Of a stretch of DNA of 64,000 nt, positions 30,529 to 39,608 are shown piece after piece. The position numbers and the translations under genes were made by a program. The first letter of the stretch is position 1. Every line of letters starts with the position of its first letter. Under the pieces are notes generated by a model, which worked only from the letters and a program-made list of their open reading frames with translations, made no database searches and was not told where the DNA came from. The stretch is from a virus: positions 5,484 to 69,483 of the IMG/VR virus record IMGVR_UViG_3300033156_000587. One strand, written 5' to 3'.

Positions 30529-31179
30529 ATGAAGAATATTATCCGAGTCCTTGATAGACCGGTGCAGGTTCTGGACATCGCGGAGGGTTGGGCATTCCCA
30601 GACCCCAGGTCTCTCCTGAAGAACCCTGAGAAGTCATACCGAGCTTGGAAGCTCTCGAACCTCAGCTCTTACCAAATAGGACAAGATGAAGTGCTCGTGT
30701 TCATGGGCGGGGAGAGGGATTACTCCAAGCCTGAGATCGAGGAGGAGGTCGAGCTTTCCCGGTTCGAAGTGAAGGGATACGGACCTCACTTACACAGGAT
30801 CGTGTATCAGACGCCACCGGAAAGTCCCCTTCGAGCCGGAGTCACGGTTAACGTCTCCGGATGGAGCTCGTTCCCTCCACATGGGTTTGAGCGAGATGGA
30901 AAGCACCCTGCAGGTTTCATGGAGATCTTCTACTTCATGATCGCGAAGGATAGCGACCATTGGGAAGGACCAGCGCAGGGTATCTTATTATCCGGTACAT
31001 TCGGAAGACCGTGGGTCAGGATCGTGAGAGACGGGTTGAGCTTGATCATCTACCCGGGCCTTCACGCTGTCACCGCGATGCCGGGGTGCAAGATCGGGTA
31101 CATCTGGGCTTACACCGCCGATGAGTTGCCGGACAAGACAATTGACGGGAAGGCAGGAAGGTATCGTGAGGACGTGTAG
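30529..31179 (+). CDS. IolB/KduI-like cupin isomerase
   Basis: GWSSFPPH...EIFYF...GLHAVTAMPG...YIW. Confidence 0.65.
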   Translation: MKNIIRVLDRPVQVLDIAEGWAFPDPRSLLKNPEKSYRAWKLSNLSSYQIGQDEVLVFMGGERDYSKPEIEEEVELSRFEVKGYGPHLHRIVYQTPPESPLRAGVTVNVSGWSSFPPHGFERDGKHPAGFMEIFYFMIAKDSDHWEGPAQGILLSGTFGRPWVRIVRDGLSLIIYPGLHAVTAMPGCKIGYIWAYTADELPDKTIDGKAGRYREDV

Positions 31180-32056
31180 AGGACGTTTGCTGGCCGAGAA
31201 CAACGGGCTCCGGGTGATCGATTGCGAGGTCTGTGGTTTTGCCCACCTTGAGTCCGGTGGCGCGGCAGAGATCGAGTACATGGCGGGTGCATTCCAGGAT
31301 GATAACTGGTTCGAGAAGGAGCGCCAGGAACACGTCGCGGGGCTTTGGGACTCCTGCTATGAGTTCCAGTGGCGTATCATGAAGCAAACCGAGCCGTTCC
31401 TGGACTTCGGCTGCGGCGCGGGCTGGTTCATGTGGTACGTCAGGAGGACGTCCATCCCGATGCCGATCGAGTGCTATGGCGCAGAGATCGCGCCGATCCC
31501 TCACGAGTACAGGCCAGTGAACGTCAAGCACTTGATATACCATCCTGCCGCTCCCGAGGTGAACCAGCGGTTTCCAGCGGTGAGACTGTCCCTGGTTCTG
31601 GAACACATCGAGACGCCTAGAGGATTTCTCTTGACCCATCTTGAGTTCTGGAAGCCCCGCCGGATCTTAATCATCGTGCCAAACGAGTTCAACCCGCTAC
31701 AGAGGAAAGTGGGAGGCTCCTGGTTTGTCTCTCACTGGCATTGGAACTACTTCACGCCTCGGTCGCTGACCAACTTGCTTGCGAGATTTGGTTATCGCCC
31801 AACGTTTCAGGGCGCGGGCTTTCCGATGGAACTGTTCATCCTGCTAGGGTTCGATTACAGAAAGGATGAGGAACTCGGAAAGAGGTGTCACTTAACGCGG
31901 TTAAGGTTGGAGAAACGCGTGGGCTGGAGAATCTTCCACGTCTACAGTCTGCTTCACCGCCTCCTCGGCTGGGGACGGGAGATGATCTATCTTTTCGAGA
32001 TCGAGCGAAAGCCGATCAAGATTCCGTCTACCCGGGTGCCACTTGCTCTTGCATAG
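31166..32056 (+). CDS. SAM-dependent methyltransferase with Zn ribbon
   Basis: CEVCG, LDFGCGAG, VLEHIETP, VPN, HWNYF. Confidence 0.85.
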   Translation: MRTCRGRLLAENNGLRVIDCEVCGFAHLESGGAAEIEYMAGAFQDDNWFEKERQEHVAGLWDSCYEFQWRIMKQTEPFLDFGCGAGWFMWYVRRTSIPMPIECYGAEIAPIPHEYRPVNVKHLIYHPAAPEVNQRFPAVRLSLVLEHIETPRGFLLTHLEFWKPRRILIIVPNEFNPLQRKVGGSWFVSHWHWNYFTPRSLTNLLARFGYRPTFQGAGFPMELFILLGFDYRKDEELGKRCHLTRLRLEKRVGWRIFHVYSLLHRLLGWGREMIYLFEIERKPIKIPSTRVPLALA

Positions 32057-32081
32057 AGAATTGCCGCGGGGGGAAGATTCA

Positions 32082-32858
32082 ATGATCATAGGGATCTATT
32101 CTGCAAGCCCGGAATATCACGGGTTTGGTCACTACTACCGCTGCCTCGGACTGGCCCAAGTTTTAGCTGCGCAACGTCACACCGTATTCTGGAAGGACAG
32201 CCTGATGCCGGACTTCAACCTGGGACAAGATCTCGGGTTCGAGCTCGATTGGCTGATCGTGGATCATCCTGACGAGACCGTGATAAACCAGCTCGATGCA
32301 CGGGCGAAACGAAGGGCTTACCTCCATGGAAATTCCGAGCTCACGAGGCCGATGAATGAAGACGCTTGGGACCTGATCGTGGTCCAGGGAGTGAGATACG
32401 GAGTGAGGAACATTAACGCCTCTCGCTGGCTAGTTGGACCACAGTACGCTTTGATCCGGCCTGAGATCTCGAACTTAGTCGGCATCTTCAGGCCTCCAAA
32501 GGAGAATAAAGTCCTAGTCTACCCGGATGATCTCCTGGACCTAGTGCCCGATGGTTGGGTTGTCGCATACCCGAACGATTTCCACGTGGACTTCGGGATC
32601 GCTCGATTCGGCATGATTTCCTTGGAACTCGCTGCGCTTGGCATTCCTCAGGCGATCATTTACGATACGATGGTCGAGCCGACTGCCGTCTACCTGAAAA
32701 AGACAGGAGCTGCGACCTTAATCAAGCGAGAGGTCGCAGAGAGGGACAGAGATGTGATTAAGCGGGAGGTCGAACGAATCGAGGTCCCGTTTAAGCCTCC
32801 GATCGACGGCCTCGGCTGCTGGAGACTTGCACACGAGCTGGAGTTGAGGGCGACATGA
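32082..32858 (+). CDS. PseG/SpsG-like UDP-sugar hydrolase
   Basis: GFGHYYRCLGLA, LIVD, GPQYALIR, ELAALGIP, IDGLG. Confidence 0.75.
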   Translation: MIIGIYSASPEYHGFGHYYRCLGLAQVLAAQRHTVFWKDSLMPDFNLGQDLGFELDWLIVDHPDETVINQLDARAKRRAYLHGNSELTRPMNEDAWDLIVVQGVRYGVRNINASRWLVGPQYALIRPEISNLVGIFRPPKENKVLVYPDDLLDLVPDGWVVAYPNDFHVDFGIARFGMISLELAALGIPQAIIYDTMVEPTAVYLKKTGAATLIKREVAERDRDVIKREVERIEVPFKPPIDGLGCWRLAHELELRAT

Positions 32859-33520
32859 GTTGCATCATCGTTCTCGGCTTGCCTCGGTCCGGCACGAGCA
32901 TGGTCTCCGGGGTCCTTCACCACCTCGGGGTCTTCATGGGTAAGGAGGACAAGTTCACGCCTCCGGATGAGTGGAACCCTCTAGGGTACTTTGAGAATTT
33001 GGAGATCACGGGTCTCCTGGTCCGAGCTAGCAGGACTGCGACAACCAGGGAACTCATGGAAGCTGCCGCGTCTCGCGGGGTCTTTCCGGTTCATGCGGAC
33101 ATTTCCCATGAGCTGGAGCGCCGGATAAGGGCGATAGAGGCGAGTCACGAGATCTGGGGATTCAAAGATCCCAGGCTCTTGCTTCCCTTTTTCTTCGAGG
33201 CCTTTACTGCCCTTGTGAAGTCTGACATCAAGCTGATCGTAACGACCCGCGGGCTTCTCCGCGTGAAGGAGTCGATCGGGGCTAAGCTGAAGAAGACCGA
33301 GAAGCAATCCTTCGATGAGACCGTGGACCTAGCCGTGAATCATCTCGCGCTGAGGTTAGTGGACGTCCTAGGACGAGTCCCGGTGCCTGTCCTGGTCGTG
33401 CAGTTTGACTCTTTGATTGACGACCCGAAACGGAAAGTCCGCGAGATCGCCGAGTTCGTGGGAGTCGAGGTGACACAGAAGGCGATATCATTCCCGAATC
33501 CGGCTTTCCGGAGGTTCTGA
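32855..33520 (+). CDS. Sulfotransferase family protein
   Basis: VLGLPRSGTSMV, NPLGYFEN, WGFKDPR. Confidence 0.85.
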   Translation: MSCIIVLGLPRSGTSMVSGVLHHLGVFMGKEDKFTPPDEWNPLGYFENLEITGLLVRASRTATTRELMEAAASRGVFPVHADISHELERRIRAIEASHEIWGFKDPRLLLPFFFEAFTALVKSDIKLIVTTRGLLRVKESIGAKLKKTEKQSFDETVDLAVNHLALRLVDVLGRVPVPVLVVQFDSLIDDPKRKVREIAEFVGVEVTQKAISFPNPAFRRF

Positions 33521-34719
33521 TGGCTAAGTGGGTTTGGCTTATCGGCGGTGGGGTCATGCAGTATCCCATGCTGAGGAAGATCCGGGAACGTGGATACAAG
33601 AGCCTAGTCACAGATGGGAACCCCGAATGCAGATGCGCTTGGGAAGCTGACGCGTTCTTCCGCGTCAGCACGTATGACATCAAGGGACACCTGGAACTCG
33701 CGTCGAAGCTGAAGGATCTTGATATCGCGGGAGTCCTGACCGTTGCCGCAGACGTGGGGCCGACGGTGTCCGCGGTAGCCCACGTTCTCAGTCTCCCAGC
33801 CTGCTCCCTGGCGTCCGCGATAGCGGCGCGCGATAAAGTGAGTATGCGAGTGTCTACCGCGCTTTTGTCTAAACATCCGGTTTGGATGGCACTGCCAGCT
33901 ACAAGAGCTGAAGCCGCGTGGCATTCCTGGGACACCTGGGCCCGGAGCAAGGGAATCCCATCGCTGCCGTGCGTGGTGAAAGCGCCTGACAACCGAGCGT
34001 CCCGCGGAATGACCGTCGTAAGACGGCCGGAGGACATGACACCCGCGGTCCGGAAGGCGGCGAGTTCCGCGATCCAGCGAAAGGACACGGTCCTGATCGA
34101 GGAATTCCTCGAAGGGGAAGAGTACGCGATCGACACGTTCATCGTGGATGGAAAGGCTCGTATGGTGAACATCGCGAAGCGGATCTTCCATGAACCCGGG
34201 ATCGAGGCAGGCCACATAAACCCGGGAGCATTCGATCCCGAGATGGAAAGGATCGCGACGGAATATGCTGAAGCACTCGGTGTGGATCAGGGCCCGTTTA
34301 AGCTGGATCTCGTGAAACATCCGAGATACGGCTGGTGTGTCCTGGAAACAGCCACGAGGCTGTCCGGAGGATTCGATCACATGTGTACTGCGGTTATCGG
34401 CCCGGGGAAGGATATCACGGGCCTGATGCTTGACTTCGCGTTGGGCCTTCCCTTTGATGGGAGCAAGCTGGAGTCGAAGATCGGGAAATATGCCGCGTGC
34501 TATGCGCCGGTCTTCGAGCCAGGTACGATCCTTGGATATCTGTACCATGGATCTCCCGAGCTTCCAGACGGCGTAATCGTCGTGAACAGGCGTGAGATCC
34601 CACCGCTCGAAACGTCTGCAGACAGGCCTATATTCGTGATCGAGACCGGTGACTCGGAGGAAGAGGCATGGGAGAAAGCCAAGGAGATCGCCTCAGGCTT
34701 AGAGCCGATGTACGCATAG
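33520..34719 (+). CDS. ATP-grasp ligase
   Basis: DKVSMR, PCVVKAPDNRASRG, IEEFLEGEE, ETATRLSGG. Confidence 0.85.
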   Translation: MAKWVWLIGGGVMQYPMLRKIRERGYKSLVTDGNPECRCAWEADAFFRVSTYDIKGHLELASKLKDLDIAGVLTVAADVGPTVSAVAHVLSLPACSLASAIAARDKVSMRVSTALLSKHPVWMALPATRAEAAWHSWDTWARSKGIPSLPCVVKAPDNRASRGMTVVRRPEDMTPAVRKAASSAIQRKDTVLIEEFLEGEEYAIDTFIVDGKARMVNIAKRIFHEPGIEAGHINPGAFDPEMERIATEYAEALGVDQGPFKLDLVKHPRYGWCVLETATRLSGGFDHMCTAVIGPGKDITGLMLDFALGLPFDGSKLESKIGKYAACYAPVFEPGTILGYLYHGSPELPDGVIVVNRREIPPLETSADRPIFVIETGDSEEEAWEKAKEIASGLEPMYA

Positions 34720-35714
34720 GGATCGTGATCACGGCGAGGATGGACTCAGAGAGGCTTCCAGGGAAAGTGCTCGCTGAGATAGCCGGGAAACCGTTGCTAG
34801 GACACCTTGTGGAGAGATATGCCCGGGTCGGGAAAGTAGTCGTTGCCACATCCGATGATCCAAGTGATGACCCGATTGCGACGTGGGCAGAGCGTCACCT
34901 TGTTCCTTGTTTCCGCGGGAGCAAGGAAGATGTTACAGACAGGATCTGGGGCGCGATCAAGGCATGGCTGAGCGACTGCGACTTTGTGATGCGAGGCCTG
35001 GGAGATTGTCCGTTCCCGGAGACGATGTTCATTACGAGAGCTGCATTCGTGATGGACGCGATGGACGCGGACATGTTCCTTTGGATGCTCCCACCGTGGG
35101 TTTGGCCCGTGTATGGAGCGAGGGAGTTCCCGATCCGGACCTCACTCTGGGAGGCGATGAACCAACTCGCGACGGGAGACGAGCGGGAACACCCCGATTT
35201 GTACCTGCATCGGCATAGGAAGGACATCAAAATCGCGTATCATGAGCCTCCGCCTCCGGACTATTTTAGACCGCATAGACTGGAGATCGATTACCCGGAA
35301 GACCTCGAAATGTTGAGGCGGCTCGTCAAGGAGTTCGACGGCCGCTGGCCGACCCTGATCGAAGCTTTGGATGTCCTGGACGCGAACCCGAAAATCGCGC
35401 TCATCAATGCGAACAGGGAAGAGAGAACGGGTCCATACGCGTCCTATTCCCAAGAGGACCGGGACAAGTGGGCCCAGGCCCAGCGGGGCAAGCCCGTCGT
35501 AACCTGGGATAACCGGATATGGCGACCAAAGAAGAACGAGAAACCAATCTTTTGTTCCGTAGGGACTTGCCTCATCGGGTATTATCACGGTGGGTGGCTA
35601 AGGACAAAAGAGGGGCACGCGATTAAGGAAGGTCGGCTCGCGTGCCCCTGTGGAGCGGGAAGATTCTGGCGTGCTAAGGCGATCGACTTGCGCGAAGGAT
35701 CTCGACCGGTATAG
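34668..35714 (+). CDS. SpsF/PseF-like cytidylyltransferase
   Basis: ARMDSERLPGKVL..I.GKPL, VATS, FRGS.EDV, GDCP, REH, EIDYPED. Confidence 0.85.
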   Translation: MGESQGDRLRLRADVRIGIVITARMDSERLPGKVLAEIAGKPLLGHLVERYARVGKVVVATSDDPSDDPIATWAERHLVPCFRGSKEDVTDRIWGAIKAWLSDCDFVMRGLGDCPFPETMFITRAAFVMDAMDADMFLWMLPPWVWPVYGAREFPIRTSLWEAMNQLATGDEREHPDLYLHRHRKDIKIAYHEPPPPDYFRPHRLEIDYPEDLEMLRRLVKEFDGRWPTLIEALDVLDANPKIALINANREERTGPYASYSQEDRDKWAQAQRGKPVVTWDNRIWRPKKNEKPIFCSVGTCLIGYYHGGWLRTKEGHAIKEGRLACPCGAGRFWRAKAIDLREGSRPV

Positions 35715-35955
35715 CACCCGCAGTCTGCATCGTCGGCGTGAGGGAATCAGCCATTGCGAGCGCTTGATCTAGGAACCCGGAGAGGCCCAGGATGTCCAGG
35801 ATGTCCCGGATTTCCTGAGACAGGAGAAAATCCTTGGCATCCTGGGCCAACGCTTGATTGCTGGAGTTGAGATCCATCAACGCGAGATGGATCATCGCAA
35901 TCAAGATCGCATCCTCAGGGTATTTCATGACCTTCGCCCAGTCCCACGGCTTCAT
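35674..35955 (-). CDS. Hypothetical protein
   Basis: 93 aa, RBS GGAGGAGG, downstream of the helicase. Confidence 0.5.
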   Translation of the reverse strand: MKPWDWAKVMKYPEDAILIAMIHLALMDLNSSNQALAQDAKDFLLSQEIRDILDILGLSGFLDQALAMADSLTPTMQTAGAIPVEILRASRSP

Positions 35956-37924
35956 TGACCTCCTCCACGCTTAGACCGAGTTCTCTGATGAATCGGGAAG
36001 GAATAAGGGGCTTGCCCCGGTACCGGCGAATAGCCGTCAGATGGACTTCCTCTTTCGCTCGGGTGACCAGGACGAAGGCGATGCAGCGCTCGTCCTCGAT
36101 CAGGCTCGGCTCGCCTGTTGGGAGAGAGCCGAACGGGCGCATTAACCCGAGCGCCGAGGCATGGGGGAGCAGCTCCTCATTCCATCCCAGGCCGAAGACA
36201 ATGGGGCGCTCTAGCCCTTTGAGCCGATGCACCGTAGAGAGAACCACCTTCCCGTCCCAGGATTCCTGGGAAGCTGCCTCGCGGCATTGAGAGACGTAGC
36301 TCAGGAAGGCATCGATGTCCTCGCCCAGGTGAGCCGCGGTGGTGACGATAGTCTGAAGATCCGTAAGCTTATCGTTCTCCGCGGCATCGGCCTCGACCAA
36401 ACCCTCAGCTTCGAGATAGGCGCGGTAGTGATCGATGATCACTTCCAGAGCAGCGCAGAGCCCGCGATGATGGAGCGCGTCCTTGATCTCCTGGAGCATG
36501 GCTAGGAGATCCTGGACTCCGGCTCGCCAGCGCCAGCCTTGCCGGGAATTGAGCGCTTTGTAGATGCTCCGGAATCTCCCGTTGCAGGCATCCAGGAACT
36601 GGCGTCCCAACCAGCGATTCGGGGAGTATTCACCCTTTCGTCGGGCCTTGGTATCGAACGGCTGGCGCATACGTTTAGACGAGATATCGAATACTCTTCG
36701 GAAGGCAGAATCAGACTCCTTGTAGGCTAGTTCTAAGTAGGCGACTACGTCCGCGACATGCTTTGCGTTCCAGAACGAACCGCCGCAGGCGTTGGCGAAC
36801 GGGATACCGCGGCGGGCGAGCTCGCCCTCAACGGGAGCAAGCTGGGCTCGGGTTCTCGCGCCTACGAAGAAATCCGCGGGTTGTCGGCCATCTTGGATCT
36901 TAGCCTCGATTTCGCTTGCTACATAAGCGGCCTCGTCATAGATGTCCTCTCGAAGCGCGAAGGTAAACTCGATTCCATCAGGCGCATCATCTCGCGGCTG
37001 GACATCCTTAAGGAATCGACTCGGGTAAGGACCGAGGGGTTCGTAGTTGTGCCTGATGAGATCTGACGCCCGGCTCACGATCTTCCGAGTGGATCGGAAG
37101 TTTCGATCCAGCTTGATCGTGATCCCGTCGGGATAGCGCTTGTCGAACCCATGGAAGAGATTGTCTTCTGGCGTAGCTCCCGAGAACCGGTACAGGAGCT
37201 GGTCGCTATCCCCTACGATGAAGAACTGGTTTTGAGGTTCGGCGAGCTTGGTTAAGATGCGCATGGCTTGACCAGACGTGTCCTGCCCCTCATCGACGAT
37301 GATGTACTGGAACTTGGCTTGCCACCGAGCCCGGAAATTCTCGTTAGTTCTGAGCTGGGTCTCGATGTCTAGGAGCATATCCGGGAAGGTGAGCAGATTT
37401 TGAGCTTTGAGTGTGCGATCTACTTCCCAGCGGACATTTACAAGCTGACGAGCTATAGCAGGCGGGAGACGCGTTAGGAAAAATCGCTCCAGTGTCTCAT
37501 TGTCGTCGGACGTGATGCCCGCGGCCTTCGAGCGATCGAGCCACCAGCGGATCTCTTGCCAGCCTGCATTAAGATGAACTTCCGCCGCAGCCTCCTCAAT
37601 CGTTTTTCGGATCTGCCATTCCTTTGCGACCCCGCGTGTATCTCCCTCAGCGGCGAGAATGCGGTAGCAAAGCGCGTGAATTGTGCAGACTTGGCTGGTA
37701 TTAACGCGAGGACACCGCCTCTGGATTCGGTCGAGTAGCTCGGACGCCATTGACTTGGAGAACGTGACAGCCACGATGGAATCTGGATCGACACCGTTCT
37801 CAACAAGGAATGCGTACCGAGCGGCGATAACCGTGGTCTTTCCAGAACCTGGAGGAGCAAGCACGCGGACAGGACGATCCAGAGGGGCCTGGATCGCGGC
37901 AAGTTGAGCCTTAGTGTATCTCAT
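35915..37924 (-). CDS. UvrD/PcrA-family SF1 helicase
   Basis: APPGSGKT, TIHALC, VDEGQD, VGDSDQ..Y.F.GA, NFRST, STVHRLKGLE, VLVTRAK. Confidence 0.95.
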   Translation of the reverse strand: MRYTKAQLAAIQAPLDRPVRVLAPPGSGKTTVIAARYAFLVENGVDPDSIVAVTFSKSMASELLDRIQRRCPRVNTSQVCTIHALCYRILAAEGDTRGVAKEWQIRKTIEEAAAEVHLNAGWQEIRWWLDRSKAAGITSDDNETLERFFLTRLPPAIARQLVNVRWEVDRTLKAQNLLTFPDMLLDIETQLRTNENFRARWQAKFQYIIVDEGQDTSGQAMRILTKLAEPQNQFFIVGDSDQLLYRFSGATPEDNLFHGFDKRYPDGITIKLDRNFRSTRKIVSRASDLIRHNYEPLGPYPSRFLKDVQPRDDAPDGIEFTFALREDIYDEAAYVASEIEAKIQDGRQPADFFVGARTRAQLAPVEGELARRGIPFANACGGSFWNAKHVADVVAYLELAYKESDSAFRRVFDISSKRMRQPFDTKARRKGEYSPNRWLGRQFLDACNGRFRSIYKALNSRQGWRWRAGVQDLLAMLQEIKDALHHRGLCAALEVIIDHYRAYLEAEGLVEADAAENDKLTDLQTIVTTAAHLGEDIDAFLSYVSQCREAASQESWDGKVVLSTVHRLKGLERPIVFGLGWNEELLPHASALGLMRPFGSLPTGEPSLIEDERCIAFVLVTRAKEEVHLTAIRRYRGKPLIPSRFIRELGLSVEEVNEAVGLGEGHEIP

Positions 37925-37957
37925 CTTTGTCTCCTTTCGTCTTAGTCTTTCGAGAAA

Positions 37958-37986
37958 ACTCTAGCATATTTCTCGCGGTTTGTCAA
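37958..37986 (-). promoter_or_regulatory. Sigma70 promoter for the helicase
   Basis: Minus strand TTGACA-17 bp-TAGAGT with extended TG. Confidence 0.65.
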
Positions 37987-37995
37987 GGGTTTCTT

Positions 37996-38024
37996 TTCGA
38001 TTTCCCAGGGTTTTGTGTTACACT
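37996..38024 (+). promoter_or_regulatory. Extended -10 promoter for the SDR/Y-RNA/Ro60 unit
   Basis: TTCGAT-17 bp-TACACT with TG. Confidence 0.55.
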
Positions 38025-38033
38025 GAAAGTGCT

Positions 38034-38708
38034 ATGAAGAGGATCTTAGTATTTGGAGCAACCGGGAATCTTGGAAGGGCGCTTCGGGAAGAAGCGCGGT
38101 GGCGAAGCTGGGAATTCCGGGGCATTGCGAGGAACCCGGGAGATTTCAGCGACACTCGGAAAGCGAACGCTACTCATTGGACGAAAATAAGCCGGGTTCT
38201 CTCAGACGAGGCTCCATTTGACCTCGTGGTCTTCGCCCAGGGCATCCAGCGAAGGGTCGGGATCTGGGACGCAGGTCCCCATGATTTCGACATCCTGGCG
38301 GCGAATCTGGACGGCTCTTTGATCTCGACGATTTTGTTAGTACGATACAGGAGGTTGAACCAGGGAGCCTTATTAGTCTATTGCTCCTCGATCCAAGCCG
38401 CGGCTCCCAGGGGTGGCCGGTTCCTGTACGCGGTAGCGAAGGCTGGAGTGGAAGCTCTAGCGAGGGCGGTCACCGCGGAGACCGGCGGCTTGGTCCGAGG
38501 TGTAGCCTTGAGACTCGGCCAGTTCGAGAACACGATGAAAGGGATCGAGTTCTCCGAGGCCGAGCGGGAGAGACTGGAAGAGCGGACGTTGATGGGCTTC
38601 ATCCCGGAGCGGGAGATCGCGAAGTTTATCTTCGACCTGTACGATGCTCGCCACATTGCAGGATGTGTAATCGACTACGAAGGCGGGCATCTCCTGAACA
38701 TCTGGTGA
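38034..38708 (+). CDS. Short-chain dehydrogenase/reductase
   Basis: GATGNLG, SSI, YAVAKAG. Confidence 0.85.
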   Translation: MKRILVFGATGNLGRALREEARWRSWEFRGIARNPGDFSDTRKANATHWTKISRVLSDEAPFDLVVFAQGIQRRVGIWDAGPHDFDILAANLDGSLISTILLVRYRRLNQGALLVYCSSIQAAAPRGGRFLYAVAKAGVEALARAVTAETGGLVRGVALRLGQFENTMKGIEFSEAERERLEERTLMGFIPEREIAKFIFDLYDARHIAGCVIDYEGGHLLNIW

Positions 38709-38716
38709 GGCGAAAC

Positions 38717-38830
38717 GTGTCCAATCACGGTGGTCTCAGGTACATCGTCTGGGTTATCTTGGTGATTTGCGTGGTCCTGATGATCTCTGGATGGGTTACC
38801 CTGGCAATCTCGCTAAAGTACCTTAACTGA
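38717..38830 (+). CDS. Small membrane peptide
   Basis: GTG start; YIVWVILVICVVLMISGWVTLAI hydrophobic helix. Confidence 0.4.
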   Translation: MSNHGGLRYIVWVILVICVVLMISGWVTLAISLKYLN

Positions 38831-38853
38831 GGAATCTTGGGGCCGAATCTCGG

Positions 38854-39000
38854 GGGCCCGTAGCTCAATTGGCAGAGCACTATTGCCGTTGCCGGGTCTT
38901 GCCTCGAAGGGATGTGCACCATGTAGGCAGACCGGGGCCGGACGGTGACGGTTATCCACTTGAAATGGAGAGGTTGCGGGTTCGAGTCCCGCCGGGCCCA
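38854..39000 (+). ncRNA. Y1: tRNA-shaped RNA with a Ro-binding Y stem inserted (circularly permuted YrlA-like)
   Basis: Acceptor GGGCCCG/CGGGCCC-A, D arm GCTC-AATTGGCA-GAGC, T arm GCGGG-TTCGAGT-CCCGC, plus an insert of about 75 nt carrying CTTGCC and GGGCCGGA..GGTTAT. Confidence 0.75.
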
Positions 39001-39025
39001 CTCAAGCCGAAAGGGACTAAGGGCA

Positions 39026-39202
39026 GTGAAAAGCAACAAGGCGGAGAGGCTGGCATTAGCCTTTGCCGCGGCATTAGTACCCGGCACGGTGGTAGCGGCC
39101 GTCTTCCTAGACGAACTAGGCATCCGTATCTTCGGTATGATCGCAATCATTACGCTGGGTGGACTAGTTATTTTAGCCCTAGCTACACCGAACAAGGGCT
39201 AG
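39026..39202 (+). CDS. Small two-TM membrane protein
   Basis: 58 aa with two hydrophobic helices, between Y1 and Y2. Confidence 0.45.
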   Translation: MKSNKAERLALAFAAALVPGTVVAAVFLDELGIRIFGMIAIITLGGLVILALATPNKG

Positions 39203-39305
39203 TCGGGCCGGATGCACACGGTTATCGAGTCTGGCCCTCGGGGAGGCTGAAGGTCTCCTTAGCCGGTTCGAGTCCGGTATAGCCGTGTGCAAATCCTTGC
39301 CCGAC
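39202..39305 (+). ncRNA. Y2: Y RNA with a full tRNA cloverleaf
   Basis: GTCGGGC/GCCCGAC terminal stem, CGGA opposite ATCCTT, TGCACACGGTTAT/ATAGCCGTGTGCA stem, T arm GCCGG-TTCGAGT-CCGGT. Confidence 0.8.
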
Positions 39306-39317
39306 CTTGAAAGCGAC

Positions 39318-39377
39318 GCGGGCCGGATCGTATGGGTTACCCTGCTAAGGTATCTCCCATGCGAGCAACTCGCCCGC
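39318..39377 (+). ncRNA. Y3: minimal Y RNA
   Basis: GCGGGC/GCCCGC, CGGA, TCGTATGGG/CCCATGCGA, apical TACC-CTGCTAA-GGTA. Confidence 0.75.
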
Positions 39378-39398
39378 TTCTTTGGGAATAGATCTTGC

Positions 39399-39459
39399 GC
39401 GGGCCGATGCACGAGGGTTATCAGCCGCGTTGGGTTGGCCTCGTGCAAAACTTGCCCGC
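39399..39459 (+). ncRNA. Y4: minimal Y RNA
   Basis: GCGGGC/GCCCGC, CGA, TGCACGAGG/CCTCGTGCA, GGTTAT, CTT bulge. Confidence 0.75.
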
Positions 39460-39478
39460 TCGTGCCAACGGACGAGAC

Positions 39479-39578
39479 GCGGGCCGGAGTGTGAGGGTTA
39501 TCGGTTACTCAGGTTCGAGTCCTGAATCCCAGGCGGGGAAACCCGTGCTGGGATGCTCCTCACACGACCCTTGCCCGC
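39479..39578 (+). ncRNA. Y5: YrlA-like Y RNA with T arm
   Basis: GCGGGC/GCCCGC, GTGTGAGG/CCTCACAC, TCAGG-TTCGAGT-CCTGA, GAAA-capped stem. Confidence 0.8.
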
Positions 39579-39608
39579 TCTTTTATCCTCATGAAAGGAG
39601 GGTCGGAG

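Noticed and set aside
33282-34548. Two minus-strand ORFs over 300 aa
   Set aside because: Antisense to the ATP-grasp gene with no family motifs
38854-39000. Ordinary tRNA-Ser(TGA) with an intron
   Set aside because: No long variable arm, the insert is not at 37/38, it is too short for a group I intron, and it carries the same motif as the four downstream Y-like elements
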